A stretch of 64,000 bases of DNA from an uncultured archaeon (lineage in GTDB: Archaea > Thermoproteota > EX4484-205 > JAAOZP01): the NCBI GenBank assembly GCA_938045545.1, contig CALIBN010000002.1, positions 90,675 to 154,674 on the forward strand, written 5' to 3'. The notes beneath the pieces are model-generated. The model searched no databases and was not told the DNA's origin. It worked only from the letters and a program-made list of their open reading frames with translations. How positions within the stretch are numbered: position 1 is the stretch's first letter; each line of letters begins with the position of its first letter. The position numbers were made by a program, and so were the translations under genes. Shown here one piece after another: positions 9,626 to 19,838 of the stretch.

Positions 9626-12435
9626 CCAGTTTCTATTTGGACGAGATGGAGTTCTACTCCTTGAACCGTCATAATTAGGACTCCGACGTTTATCACGTCC
9701 TTATCCCCAGCTCTCTCAACCCATACGTTGACTGTTTTCAAACCATGCTGCCTGCAGAAGTCAATCAGCTTAGCCAGCGTAGTGTTGGCTGTGCTCTGAA
9801 ACTCTTCAGCCTTAACGTAACCAATCCTGTATACGACGTTCGCTGAAACGCTGACCGGCTCAGCCACATGTAGCCCGTTCGCAACGAGGAACGCCTTAAC
9901 CTGTTGAAGGTAGTCCGGTTTCACCGTAATGTTTACGAGGAGTGTCGAAACATATGCTACCAAGGTTGATCTTGAAACCTCCACCCAGTCGTCCACGTTC
10001 CCAACCTGGTAGATACCTATCCTACTGGTTTGAGGATTATAAACCACAACCATGGTGACATAGGCCACTTGAGCGCTTATCGAGTAAAACGGGAGTATGA
10101 ATACCGGTGTGTTGTTAACAAGCTGTACCATGAGGTTGCCCTCAACCCATGAGACTCCGTGCGTCTGGTGTAGAGTCAATATTTGTTGAACAGTAGGATG
10201 GTGAAGAATACTATCCATTATCGCGCTGAGCCTTGGAACCCTGCTTTGAAACAGGATGAATTCCTTACTGTCAGGAGTGAAAACATACGTGCCGACAATG
10301 TTCACAGAAGCCCCGGGGTTCTGCTGATAATTCTCAACTATGCACAGGGCCACGTATCTTCCTTCCAACGAGACATATCTTATGTCGAAAACGCTTTGCG
10401 AATATATGTTTCCACTGGAGTCTCGAGGGTAGTCCAGCATGCCTGTACTCCTATACCAGGAGTCGTAATCCGAGCTTGAAATTCTGTAAGTATTATAGAT
10501 GTCAATTATGGTCCACATAAGGTTTTTAATATATCTTAGCTGTGGCTTAAGCCAAGACGGTATTGGCCTAACCCATGAAGGATATAGGGATTTAAGCGCG
10601 TTGATAACATAGTTGTCACTATCCAAGGATTCTTCAAACATGTAGCCTTGAATACTGCCGTCTGCAACGTTCACCAAGATTATGGAGAAAAGCCTTCTTA
10701 AGCAGCCTCCGTTTTCAACACCATACTTCTCCGTGGCAGCATACTCAGTGTAAACAGGCTTCTCAACGAAGGTTGAAAAAGCAAGGTAAAGATTCCCATC
10801 CGGGTCTACAACCGGGTATGGTGCTGGCACACCCGTCCTAGGGTCGGTTTCAACGACTAGAAGTGGCACTTTTATCGCTGAAACCCTTTCATAAGCGTCT
10901 CTAGTGATCAAAGCGTTCAACGTATCCCCGTAGCCTCCTGAGGCTACGTCGAGCCTTCCTTTAAGAAGGAAGTAGGCTGCGCGAACCCATCCTGAGAAAA
11001 CATAGTCCGGCGAGCCGGTGTAGTTCACAGTCCCAGCTTCCCTCCATTTGCCCGTGTTGACGAACACTATTTCCCTTTCTCTGAAAAGCCCTCCTAAACC
11101 ATAGTATACAGGGGGAGCATTAATCATCCCGAGGGCCTGGCTTAACGGAACAGTCCTCCCGGTTGTAGCGTCGAAAGCCAGGATAGCCTCGCTGTGAGTA
11201 TATATGAATGATTCAGCAGTCTCAACATCGGTTGCCTCCACCATCACGGGGGCTGTGAAAACAACCCAGTATAAACGGCCATCTTTAAAATAAATCATTG
11301 AGGGCTCGCTTCCAGTAATCCATGGTATTCCTCTTCTTGAAAGCTCGTAGCGGGTTCTTGAAGATATGAAATCATGGCTAGTCAGCCTGACCTTCTCAAG
11401 GTCGCTGAGGCTCCCCGGGGATTGTGTTGTTTCAGAAACCTCGTTTAAACCGTTGAGAAGCTTTACGAGCTCTATGTGCGGCTTAATTCTTGAGTTGAAC
11501 TCATAGGAAACCTTGTTAGCATCCCATCCTCCTAGAGTCCTGTAGTATGCTTGCGGCAGTGCATACCCGAGCATGGCTATTACGACCGCTAGGACAAGCA
11601 GAATATTCTTCACCATAGCTGGCTTCTTAAAAGGCACTGTTTCCAGGAGGATTTGGAGAATCACTAAGATGACGGATATGGTTAGTGCAAGCCTGAATAT
11701 TGGGCTCGTCACATCGTAAGTCAAGGAAGGATACCAGAACAGGAATAACCCTATGAAGACAGCTGAGACTATGAACCGGAGGAGGGAGAAGACTGTTCTC
11801 GTAAAATCTAACACTATTAAGTCGCCCTGAGGCCATGCCGCAGCCTTTTTCATCAGAATGAATATGCGCTGGAAACTATTTACAGCCAGGCTTATGAAAA
11901 CTATGGCCGTGGAAAACACGTAAAGCATTTTCATAAGCTGGATGAAGTCGAAAACCGGCATCATACCGTAGAGCTCCTCGCCGGAGAAAGAAAAGGGCCC
12001 AAAGTATATTTTCCCAAGCCAGCCGAGATAGGATTGTAGAAAACTGCCTGCCTTATTCAGCAGAAGGATTTGAACAGCTATTTGCGAGCCTACGGCTGAG
12101 AAGAATACGAATGCTAACAGAATACTTGGAAACAGTATTAAAGCCGCAGTCTTAAACCTTCTTTTTAAGACTGAGTGCCAGAGGAACGGGTTTAACACGG
12201 CGATCCCTATCAGGACTCCGAACGCAGTGAAAAGACTGCCGTTTAAAAACATGATGTCGAGATAGCTCACCCCCGATTTTACACTATACATACTGTCGTA
12301 AACACTCATCGTGAAGAGCCATGCGGAGAAGCCAAGGTAGACTAGAAAAACAGCTAGCACTATCCCGGCAGCCTTCTTCAAAAGACTACGGTAATCCCTA
12401 CCGCCTGAAACCTTTATTTCACCCATCACGTTCAT
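9622..12435 (-). CDS. Large polytopic membrane protein, UPF0182-like
   Basis: 937 aa. About 7-8 N-terminal TM helices are followed by a ~600-aa soluble region. The architecture and the FKDGRLYWVVFTAP segment recall UPF0182/COG1615. The coding call is strong. The family call is weak. Confidence 0.5.
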   Translation of the reverse strand: MNVMGEIKVSGGRDYRSLLKKAAGIVLAVFLVYLGFSAWLFTMSVYDSMYSVKSGVSYLDIMFLNGSLFTAFGVLIGIAVLNPFLWHSVLKRRFKTAALILFPSILLAFVFFSAVGSQIAVQILLLNKAGSFLQSYLGWLGKIYFGPFSFSGEELYGMMPVFDFIQLMKMLYVFSTAIVFISLAVNSFQRIFILMKKAAAWPQGDLIVLDFTRTVFSLLRFIVSAVFIGLFLFWYPSLTYDVTSPIFRLALTISVILVILQILLETVPFKKPAMVKNILLVLAVVIAMLGYALPQAYYRTLGGWDANKVSYEFNSRIKPHIELVKLLNGLNEVSETTQSPGSLSDLEKVRLTSHDFISSRTRYELSRRGIPWITGSEPSMIYFKDGRLYWVVFTAPVMVEATDVETAESFIYTHSEAILAFDATTGRTVPLSQALGMINAPPVYYGLGGLFREREIVFVNTGKWREAGTVNYTGSPDYVFSGWVRAAYFLLKGRLDVASGGYGDTLNALITRDAYERVSAIKVPLLVVETDPRTGVPAPYPVVDPDGNLYLAFSTFVEKPVYTEYAATEKYGVENGGCLRRLFSIILVNVADGSIQGYMFEESLDSDNYVINALKSLYPSWVRPIPSWLKPQLRYIKNLMWTIIDIYNTYRISSSDYDSWYRSTGMLDYPRDSSGNIYSQSVFDIRYVSLEGRYVALCIVENYQQNPGASVNIVGTYVFTPDSKEFILFQSRVPRLSAIMDSILHHPTVQQILTLHQTHGVSWVEGNLMVQLVNNTPVFILPFYSISAQVAYVTMVVVYNPQTSRIGIYQVGNVDDWVEVSRSTLVAYVSTLLVNITVKPDYLQQVKAFLVANGLHVAEPVSVSANVVYRIGYVKAEEFQSTANTTLAKLIDFCRQHGLKTVNVWVERAGDKDVINVGVLIMTVQGVELHLVQIETG

Positions 12436-12476
12436 CCCATCCAGAAAGCTTTTAAGCTTATCTTAGGGAAACTGTT

Positions 12477-13526
12477 TTGCGGAAGCACCTAAGGTTTTTA
12501 ACCCTCCAACACGACAATGACGCAGACTTGAGCAGGATGCTTGGCAAGGTTCCTCCGAGAATACTTGAGAGAATAGTGTTTTCAAACCTCGGTGCCACCA
12601 GCAGGAGAGTCATTGCCGGCCCAGGCATAGGCGTCGACAACAGCATGATATCTTTAGATGGTGTTAAGATAATTGTTTCAAGCGATCCTGTTACGGGAGC
12701 CAAGGAGAACCTGGGTAGGATTGGCGTCGACGTTTCAACCAACGACGTGGCCCTAACAGGCGTGAGACCAGAGTTCCTCCTAGTCGTGCTTATCCTTCCT
12801 CCTGCAGCCAGCCATAAGGAAATCAGGAGGATAATGAGGCAGGCCAGCGATGAAGCTAAGAGGCTTGGGGTCGCTATAGTTGGGGGGCATACGGAGTATT
12901 CGAGCATCGTTGAAAAACCTGTGTTCGTGGGTACGGCAATAGGGTGGACTAGACGTAGAAGAATCATCACTTCGAGCGGCGCTAAGTCTGGTGAAAACAT
13001 TGTGATGGTTGGGGAGGCGGGTGTTGAAGGAACCTCCATACTTGCTTCCGACCTTTGGGGGAGGTTGGTGGAGAAAGGGGTTCAGCCATCGGTCTTAAAA
13101 AGGGCGAGAAGGCTTGTTGAAAACCTGAGCATAGTTGAGCCCGCACTGGTTTCCGCGAAGTATGTTTCAGCCATGCATGACCCTACGGAGGGCGGTGTGC
13201 TCGGCGGAATATTTGAAATATGTGAAGCCTCTGGAAAAGGGTGCGTCGTAAACATGGAGTCAATACCGGTTAGGATGGAGACTATGATAATATGCGAAAA
13301 GCTCGGGTTAGACCCTCTTAGGCTCGTTAGCTCCGGAACCCTGCTGGCAACAGTCAGCGAATCTAAGACACCAGGGCTGTTGAGAAGGCTTCGGGAGAAA
13401 GGGTTTAAGGCACGCGTCATAGGAAGGATGACGGGAAACAAGAGCGAGAGGATCGGGCTACTTGGCAGGAGGGAAATCAGGATAAGAAAGCTTCCTCAAG
13501 ACGAACTGTGGAAAGCTATCGGCTGA
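12477..13526 (+). CDS. AIR-synthase-related protein (PurM/HypE/ThiL superfamily)
   Basis: 349-aa ORF. GVDNSMI, DPVTGA, VSTNDVA and IVGGHTE motifs. The real start is more likely M21 (12537, MLGKVPPRILE). Confidence 0.7.
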   Translation: MRKHLRFLTLQHDNDADLSRMLGKVPPRILERIVFSNLGATSRRVIAGPGIGVDNSMISLDGVKIIVSSDPVTGAKENLGRIGVDVSTNDVALTGVRPEFLLVVLILPPAASHKEIRRIMRQASDEAKRLGVAIVGGHTEYSSIVEKPVFVGTAIGWTRRRRIITSSGAKSGENIVMVGEAGVEGTSILASDLWGRLVEKGVQPSVLKRARRLVENLSIVEPALVSAKYVSAMHDPTEGGVLGGIFEICEASGKGCVVNMESIPVRMETMIICEKLGLDPLRLVSSGTLLATVSESKTPGLLRRLREKGFKARVIGRMTGNKSERIGLLGRREIRIRKLPQDELWKAIG

Positions 13527-14244
13527 TTATCCTTGATTGCCCTATTCTCTTCGCAACCGCGTTGTAAAGCGGCACAGCCACCAGTGTCCCTATGAAGGTT
13601 TGAGCGAAGTTCGCAGGCACCTCGAAGACTGCTCCCAACTGGTATAGGGAAAGCTCGTAGAGGAAGTATCCTAGAACCATTTCGAAGCCTCCTATGAAGC
13701 ACGGCACTATTAGCGGCAGGTTCTCCCGGTAGACTCTCAGAATGAAGATTAGCGATGCCGCTAGAACGATGAGTATTGTGAAGAGAATAGGCTGATAGGC
13801 TACTGTAGCCGAGTATATTGTGAGCAGCGATACTTCAGCCTCTCCTGTGAAAAGAAATATGACCAGTATGGTTCCGAGAATCACTGTTGGAACCGGGAGG
13901 AAGAGCATCAGGAGCCGAGTAGCCCGCGACTCCTTTCCAGCGAAAACCTCGTGGAGAAAGCCGGTTAGGAAGCCTTCAACACCTTTAACGATAAGGGTGG
14001 CGGGAGCATACACGGTATAACCTAGGAACAGGTCGCTCAGCATTGATCCTAATCCGCCTGCGAGAAACCCTACGAGGGGGCCGAACAACAGGGCGGTTAG
14101 GAAGATCATGGAGTCCCCCAGGTTAAAGTAGCCCCTGGTGGCCGGGATATATATGGAGACGGATGCTGTCGCCACGAAGACTAGAGCGGTGGAAAGGGCT
14201 GCTGACGAGACAAGCCTAGCCTTCGAAACACTTAGGTTACGCAT
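13516..14244 (-). CDS. ECF-transporter S-component-like membrane protein
   Basis: 242 aa with 6 hydrophobic helices. NLGDSMIFLTALLFGPLVGFLAGGLGSMLSDL is typical of ECF substrate-capture subunits. No ECF A/T genes are adjacent. Confidence 0.5.
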   Translation of the reverse strand: MRNLSVSKARLVSSAALSTALVFVATASVSIYIPATRGYFNLGDSMIFLTALLFGPLVGFLAGGLGSMLSDLFLGYTVYAPATLIVKGVEGFLTGFLHEVFAGKESRATRLLMLFLPVPTVILGTILVIFLFTGEAEVSLLTIYSATVAYQPILFTILIVLAASLIFILRVYRENLPLIVPCFIGGFEMVLGYFLYELSLYQLGAVFEVPANFAQTFIGTLVAVPLYNAVAKRIGQSRIISR

Positions 14245-14318
14245 AAGAAGGAGAATCCATTCGCGGAATAAAACGCTTACCTTATATTAAGGCTTATAGT
14301 AAGAGGACGCTGCTAATT

Positions 14319-15131
14319 TCAACTTTTCAAAACCAGTTTGAAAAGATAGCATGCGGAAAACAGCATGATCGAGACCAGGGCTATTGCGCCACTAGTCGGA
14401 ATATCGTAGAGCAGTGATACTGTAATACCTCCTAATCCAGATATGGCCTCAACTGTGAAAGCCGCTAGCAGCATCATGTCTATGCGGCGGGCCAGCAGCC
14501 TTGAGACCGCTGCAGGTATTACGAGAAGCGTGACGGAAAGCAGAATGCCCATGGTTCTCGCCACGACAGCGGCAGTTATCGCGGAAACAGCGAATAGCAG
14601 TGAGTCGTATAGTCCTGTTTTAAGGCCAAAAGATTCAGCGGTCTCCATGTCGAAGCAAATGTAGATAAACTCCCTGTAAAACATTATGGTGACAATGAGT
14701 GAAACGGTTGACGCAGCAGCCAGACTGAGCACATCCATTTCTGAAAGAAGCAGAAGGTCACTCACAAGATAACTGTCAACTAAAATTCTCCTCTCTATCG
14801 GCATGTAGCTTCTTATTATCACGTAGAGCATCACGCTTACAGCTAGAGAAACGCTGAGCATCATGCCCAAGGCTTGCTGACTGCTCCTACCAACGCGGGA
14901 AACAAGTATGGATGTTGCCACGCAGAACAATATTGCAAATACAAACGGGTCTCCAGCTCCCGGCAGTAAAGCCTGGATTAAAACGCCTACTGCTGCACCC
15001 CCTAAGGCAGCGTGTGAAACCTCAGGAGTAATGTAGAGGGCTCCTCTCAGAAGCATGATTACTGAAATCGGTGCTGAAAACGAGGCGAAAACAACTCCGA
15101 CGATTGCTCTTAAGACAAACGGGTCAAGCAT
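14319..15131 (-). CDS. Metal (Zn/Mn/Fe) ABC transporter permease (ABC-3 family)
   Basis: Polytopic ORF. The ORF extends to 15173, but the start at MLDPFVLRAI (15131) gives an ATGCTTGA overlap with the upstream ATPase stop. Confidence 0.85.
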   Translation of the reverse strand: MLDPFVLRAIVGVVFASFSAPISVIMLLRGALYITPEVSHAALGGAAVGVLIQALLPGAGDPFVFAILFCVATSILVSRVGRSSQQALGMMLSVSLAVSVMLYVIIRSYMPIERRILVDSYLVSDLLLLSEMDVLSLAAASTVSLIVTIMFYREFIYICFDMETAESFGLKTGLYDSLLFAVSAITAAVVARTMGILLSVTLLVIPAAVSRLLARRIDMMLLAAFTVEAISGLGGITVSLLYDIPTSGAIALVSIMLFSACYLFKLVLKS

Positions 15132-15903
15132 GCTTATCACCCAGTATGAAGATCCTCCGGCCCTCTCTTTCAACAGTTTTTAAACAGGGATAGATCGGTT
15201 TCAGCCTCTCCTCGCTTAAAACCAAGCTCGGATCACCATATCCGCATACAGCCCTGTTTAAAACAAGAATCCTGTCGGTAAGCTCCATTATAGGGTCAAC
15301 CTCATGCTCCACGATAACTATGGTTCTCCCCCTCTCCTTCAAAGTCTTGAAAACGTTAATCAAGTACTCCTGGCTCTCGGAATCCAGCCCGGCGAACACC
15401 TCGTCCAGCAGCAGGAGCAACGGGTCGGATGCTAGCGCCCTCGCTATCAGGACCCTTCGCTGCTGCCCCCCGCTGAGCTCGTTGAAAAAAGACCCCCAGT
15501 GTTCCTCCATGCCCAAGTATGCTAGAGCCCTTCTAGCGGATTCAAAATCATCCTTTAAAACAGCTCTGGGAAAACTTTTCCTCAAGACTATCCCCATTAG
15601 GACAACCTCGCTCACCCTCAACGGAGTTTCGTAGGAAACCCGGTCTTTCTGCGGGACGTAGCCAACGAGCCCTCTGAGCCTACCATAGTCAGTAAAAGGG
15701 TTTAAACCGAGTACTTTGACGCTTCCCTTGAAAGGCTTAACCATGCCCAGGAGGACCTTTAAAAGCGTAGTCTTGCCAGCCCCGTTCGGCCCGACGACAG
15801 TTATGAACGCTGGCGACTCAACCTGGAAGCTAACATCCTCTAAAACCATGTGGCCATCAAGCCTCACCGAAGCGTTTTCGACAGATATTACCGGAGTACT
15901 CAT
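15124..15903 (-). CDS. Metal ABC transporter ATP-binding protein
   Basis: 259 aa. Walker A GPNGAGKTT, signature LSGGQQRR, Walker B LLLLDE. Confidence 0.9.
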   Translation of the reverse strand: MSTPVISVENASVRLDGHMVLEDVSFQVESPAFITVVGPNGAGKTTLLKVLLGMVKPFKGSVKVLGLNPFTDYGRLRGLVGYVPQKDRVSYETPLRVSEVVLMGIVLRKSFPRAVLKDDFESARRALAYLGMEEHWGSFFNELSGGQQRRVLIARALASDPLLLLLDEVFAGLDSESQEYLINVFKTLKERGRTIVIVEHEVDPIMELTDRILVLNRAVCGYGDPSLVLSEERLKPIYPCLKTVEREGRRIFILGDKHA

Positions 15904-16922
15904 CGTTTACTCCTCCTGACTAAGATTATTGTTTCAAGCACGAGCGCCAGCAGTGCTGCAAGCGTTGTCAGAAGGTAAATGTTAACCCCGCTTGAAACAG
16001 CTTCCCGCTCGGATAAGAGCGCACTGTAAACCTGACCAGCGTTATAGTACATTATTGAATCGTAATCCTTCACGCCGGTTGCTGAAACTACTGAGACATA
16101 GGCTATCTTGCAACCCGTATCCTTAGAGATTTCCCGCAGAGCATTTTGAACCCCGCTCATCAACAAAGCGGTGTCGGAGACAACTATGCAAGCATATTCT
16201 CCAGACGTAAGCCCGTCGTAAACCCTGCTTAAAGACCCAGGGCTTATGGCCTCGCCCTCGCCAACAAGCACGGCGCCTGCTTTTAAACCCATGGCTTCAA
16301 CGACGTATTGCTCCTCGTAGAAACCTATGACAACTCTCTTCCCAGATGAGCCGTGTTTCTCCGAAAGCCTTTGGAGAAAAATCTTTAGAGACGATACTTT
16401 TTCCTCGAAAAGCATGCAGTTGAACCGGTATTTCTCAGAACGCTCAGGACTCAAGTTTGAAAGCCTGTCTCTCAGGGCTCTCGCGATCAGGATAGCGTTA
16501 TCAGGAAGAAGCCAGAAGCCGTGAATATTCCTCCCGCCCTCCAGCTCGAGAATAGTGCCATTCCTCTCAACCAGGTCAAGCAGGTTTAGCGTTATTGAAC
16601 CGGTTTCAACACCTCTTTCCTCGGCAACCCGTTTAACAAGATCCTTCTCCCACTCCATGTGACCAGTTATAACTATCAGGTCAGCGCTGGAAGCGTTTCT
16701 CACAATGCTTGGAGTAAGGGTGAAGCCATGTGGCTCAGCATCCCCTGGAACAATCGAATAAACCTCTCCGGCACCGCCCGTTACAGAGGAAACGATCGGC
16801 CTCAGAATATCCATCGTGACAACTATCCTGGTCTTCCCATACGTCTCAGCATAGGCAGATACTGGTGAAAACTGCAGGAAAACTGTTGCGAGAATCATGG
16901 TTCCAACCGTGTTCCTCAGCAA
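15900..16922 (-). CDS. Metal ABC transporter substrate-binding protein (TroA/ZnuA cluster-9 type)
   Basis: 340 aa. N-terminal signal/anchor, His/Asp/Glu-containing lobes and a C-terminal TM anchor. 4-nt overlap with the ATPase gene. Confidence 0.7.
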   Translation of the reverse strand: MLRNTVGTMILATVFLQFSPVSAYAETYGKTRIVVTMDILRPIVSSVTGGAGEVYSIVPGDAEPHGFTLTPSIVRNASSADLIVITGHMEWEKDLVKRVAEERGVETGSITLNLLDLVERNGTILELEGGRNIHGFWLLPDNAILIARALRDRLSNLSPERSEKYRFNCMLFEEKVSSLKIFLQRLSEKHGSSGKRVVIGFYEEQYVVEAMGLKAGAVLVGEGEAISPGSLSRVYDGLTSGEYACIVVSDTALLMSGVQNALREISKDTGCKIAYVSVVSATGVKDYDSIMYYNAGQVYSALLSEREAVSSGVNIYLLTTLAALLALVLETIILVRRSKR

Positions 16923-17374
16923 CAGTACCTGCCTCCTGGAATATGGCTCCTATGAGGGCAGGTCTTAGGATGACCTAGAGCACTGCACATGGAGTCAACG
17001 ATCTTCTCAGGAAGATATTGTTCAACCATGCTCGCGCATTCGCAAGCATCCTGCAGACCCATTGAGAGGAACCTGTAAACATATGTTTCGAAAACCCTGT
17101 GGTTCCTGATTATTCTGTTAACTTCTCCTAACCCTTTTTCAGTAAGGCTTACTCCCCTCCAACGATACCTTTTAACCATGCCTTTTTCCTCTAGTCTTCC
17201 AAGATATTCGCTTGCAGTCGCACATGAAACCCCCATGGCATCAGCCACCTCCAGGCTTCCAACCATATTCCTTCCTGAAAGCAGATTGAAAACCGCCTTA
17301 AGATACTGGATCTCCTTCCCCGTTAGGCTTTGTTTCGAAGCCTGTCTTGAAGCCCCCGATTTAGGCATGCACAA
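16916..17374 (-). CDS. DtxR/MntR-family metal-dependent transcriptional repressor
   Basis: 152 aa. wHTH (VADAMGVSCATASEYLGRLEEKGMV), NHRVFETYV helix and C-terminal GHPKTCPHRSHIP metal-site motif. The ATG at 17368 is more likely than the TTG at 17374. Confidence 0.8.
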   Translation of the reverse strand: MCMPKSGASRQASKQSLTGKEIQYLKAVFNLLSGRNMVGSLEVADAMGVSCATASEYLGRLEEKGMVKRYRWRGVSLTEKGLGEVNRIIRNHRVFETYVYRFLSMGLQDACECASMVEQYLPEKIVDSMCSALGHPKTCPHRSHIPGGRYCC

Positions 17375-17377
17375 TTA

Positions 17378-17426
17378 AGGAAGTTCCTAAATTTAAGTTT
17401 TTTCGGGACGAGTTCCCTTAAGGAAC
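17378..17426 (-). promoter_or_regulatory. Putative promoter/operator of the dtxR-like metal-uptake operon
   Basis: Perfect 5-1-5 palindrome AGGAAGTTCCT (17378-17388) and GTTCC-CTTAA-GGAAC (17412-17426) bracket an A/T-rich TATA-like AAATTTAAG (17389-17397). This lies 20-30 nt upstream of the ATG, so the transcript is probably leaderless. Confidence 0.4.
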
Positions 17427-17610
17427 CTACTTCCACTCACAAGCATAAACCACGACGCCCGATGGATCGCATGGGCTACGTCCTGAACTTCTTAATCTTG
17501 CCTCTTCGCCGCTCATGGTTTTAGAAGCATTCGGATTTTGAACTCGAGGCCGTTTCAAATTAAATAGGTAAAAATTTTCAAAAAGAGTAGATTGATTAAA
17601 TCATTCCTTT

Positions 17611-19770
17611 TCAGACGAGAAAAAACTCCTCCTTCTCACCGAACTTCTTGTATTTAGCCAACATCTCCTCTTTTAAACTGGGTTTGATGGTTTGAAGAGC
17701 TTTTTCAAAGTCCTCCTTAGTCACCTTGTCAGCATCCCTCCTCAAAGCGTTTAAGCCAGCCTCCCTGCAGAGCGCCTCCAGGTCAGCCCCAGAGTAGCCT
17801 TCAGTCCTCTTAGCGATCTCCTCAAGACTAACTCCCTCCAACGGCATTCTCCTCGTATGGATTTTAAGTATCTGGAGCCTTGAAGCCTCATCCGGCGGCG
17901 GAACATACAGTACTACTTCAAACCTTCCCGGCCTCATTATCGCAGGGTCGAGAAGCTCAGGCCTGTTGGTAGCTCCTATTATAACAATCCTCTCAATTGG
18001 GGTGAGCCCATCCATCTCTGTCAGCAGCTGGCTTACAACCCTCTCCGTCACGCCGCTGTCAGCCATGCTCATGCCTCTCCTCGGAGCGACCGCGTCAACC
18101 TCATCCAGGAAGATTATTGAGGGCGAGGCGAGCCTGGCCTTCCTAAACACTTCCCTTATTGCTTTCTCAGACTCCCCAACCCATTTCGAGAAGATCTCTG
18201 GACCCTTAATGCTTATGAAGTTGGCCTCGCTCTCAGTCGCAACCGCCCTGGCGAGAAGAGTCTTCCCGCATCCCGGTGGACCGTAGAGAAGTATCGCTTT
18301 AGGAGGCGTTATACCTAGTTTTTCAAACTTCTCCGGCGTCTTTATTGGAAGCTCGACGGTCTCCCTGAGCCTTCTCTTAATCTCCTCAAGCCCTCCGACG
18401 TCGCTCCACCTGACCGTTGGAACCTCAACATACACTTCCCTCATCGCGGAAGGAGTTATTTCTTTAAACGCGTTCATGAAGTCCTCAGCCTTAACAACCA
18501 TTTTCTCCAAGACAGACTGTGGAATCCTCTCATCCAGCTTTATCTCAGGCAAGTATCTTCTCAAAGCCTTCATCGCCGCCTCCCTGCACAGCGCAGCCAG
18601 GTCTGCACCAGTATAGCCGTGCGTTATTTCAGCCAGCTTCTTCAAGTCCACATCCTTGTCAAGCGGCATCGACCTGGTGTGGATCTGAAGTATTTCAAGC
18701 CTGCCCTGCTTATCGGGCACTCCTATCTCTATCTCCCTGTCGAACCGCCCCGGCCTGCGTAAAGCAGGGTCAATCATGTTCGGAACATTCGTCGCGCCTA
18801 TGACGATCACGTCGCCCCTAGCCTTCAAACCATCCATGAGCGCGAGAAGCTGTGCCACCACTCTTCTCTCAACCTCGCCGCCAACCTCCTCTCTCTTAGG
18901 CGCTATAGCGTCAATCTCATCTATGAAGATTATGCTTGGAGCCTTCTCCTGAGCCTCCTGGAAAACCCTTCTAAGCCTTTCCTCAGACTCGCCGTAAAAC
19001 TTGCTCATTATCTCAGGCCCGTTTATAGAAAGGAAGTTGGCGTCAGACTCGTTTGCAACAGCCTTAGCCAGGAGCGTTTTACCAGTGCCAGGCGGGCCGT
19101 GGAGCAGAACCCCCTTAGGCGGCTCTATGCCCAGCCTCTGGAAAAGCTCCGGGTGTCTCAGGGGAAGCTCAACCATCTCCCTTATTCGTTGAATCTCCTC
19201 GTGTAAACCGCCAATATCCTCGTAAGTAACCCTTGGAATAGCCAGCTTCTCAGCAGCCTCTTCGCTAACTATCTGCATCCTTGTGTCCGGAGTAACCTTC
19301 ACGAAGCCCCTTGGCTTAACCCGGACCACCGTGAGGCCGAGGGCTTGGCCGCCGAAGACAGGTACCGCAACTATGTCGCCCTCGGTGAGAGGAGTATCTA
19401 TAAGCTTATCCCTAACATAGTCTAAGAAGTCCTCGTCCACGCTGGATATTCGCGCACCCATTGGTGCTAATACGACTTCATTAGCGTTCTCAACCTTATC
19501 CACCTTCCTGATCTTTACATAATCCCCTATCGCAACCCCGGCGCTCTTCCTTATCAGGCCGTCCATCCTCGCTATTTTTCTATCCTCATCCTCAGCGTAG
19601 CCGGGCCAGACAACTGCTGAAGCAGACTTCCTGCCAAGAATCTCGACAACGTCTCCAGTCTCAGCCTTAAGCTGAGCCATCTCCTTCCTACCTATTCTAA
19701 CTATCCTCCTGCCGACGTCCCTCGGACGTGCCTCAGCAACAACCAGTTGAACCTCGCTCATAGTTTTCAA
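17611..19770 (-). CDS. cdc48: CDC48/VCP-like AAA+ ATPase (two AAA domains)
   Basis: 719 aa. N-domain followed by two Walker A sites ([18 protein letters not shown]) and two DEID/DEVD Walker B sites. Confidence 0.95.
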   Translation of the reverse strand: MKTMSEVQLVVAEARPRDVGRRIVRIGRKEMAQLKAETGDVVEILGRKSASAVVWPGYAEDEDRKIARMDGLIRKSAGVAIGDYVKIRKVDKVENANEVVLAPMGARISSVDEDFLDYVRDKLIDTPLTEGDIVAVPVFGGQALGLTVVRVKPRGFVKVTPDTRMQIVSEEAAEKLAIPRVTYEDIGGLHEEIQRIREMVELPLRHPELFQRLGIEPPKGVLLHGPPGTGKTLLAKAVANESDANFLSINGPEIMSKFYGESEERLRRVFQEAQEKAPSIIFIDEIDAIAPKREEVGGEVERRVVAQLLALMDGLKARGDVIVIGATNVPNMIDPALRRPGRFDREIEIGVPDKQGRLEILQIHTRSMPLDKDVDLKKLAEITHGYTGADLAALCREAAMKALRRYLPEIKLDERIPQSVLEKMVVKAEDFMNAFKEITPSAMREVYVEVPTVRWSDVGGLEEIKRRLRETVELPIKTPEKFEKLGITPPKAILLYGPPGCGKTLLARAVATESEANFISIKGPEIFSKWVGESEKAIREVFRKARLASPSIIFLDEVDAVAPRRGMSMADSGVTERVVSQLLTEMDGLTPIERIVIIGATNRPELLDPAIMRPGRFEVVLYVPPPDEASRLQILKIHTRRMPLEGVSLEEIAKRTEGYSGADLEALCREAGLNALRRDADKVTKEDFEKALQTIKPSLKEEMLAKYKKFGEKEEFFLV

Positions 19771-19838
19771 GAAAGAGTTTTACCACTCAGATTTAAGCTT
19801 TCAACAAACCTGTTCGCATGGCCAGAATTAAAAAACTC

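Noticed and set aside
12458-13039. 193-aa minus-strand ORF overlapping the AIR-synthase-related gene
   Set aside because: It is antisense to a motif-bearing gene, its composition (Leu/Ser/Pro/Thr) is typical of shadow frames, and it would also collide with the 9622-12435 gene region.
17375-17610. 236-nt intergenic region scanned for a tRNA (GTTCAAAATCC-like stretch on the minus strand)
   Set aside because: No complementary T-stem arms, no acceptor stem and no anticodon arm could be built. It is retained only as a promoter/operator region.
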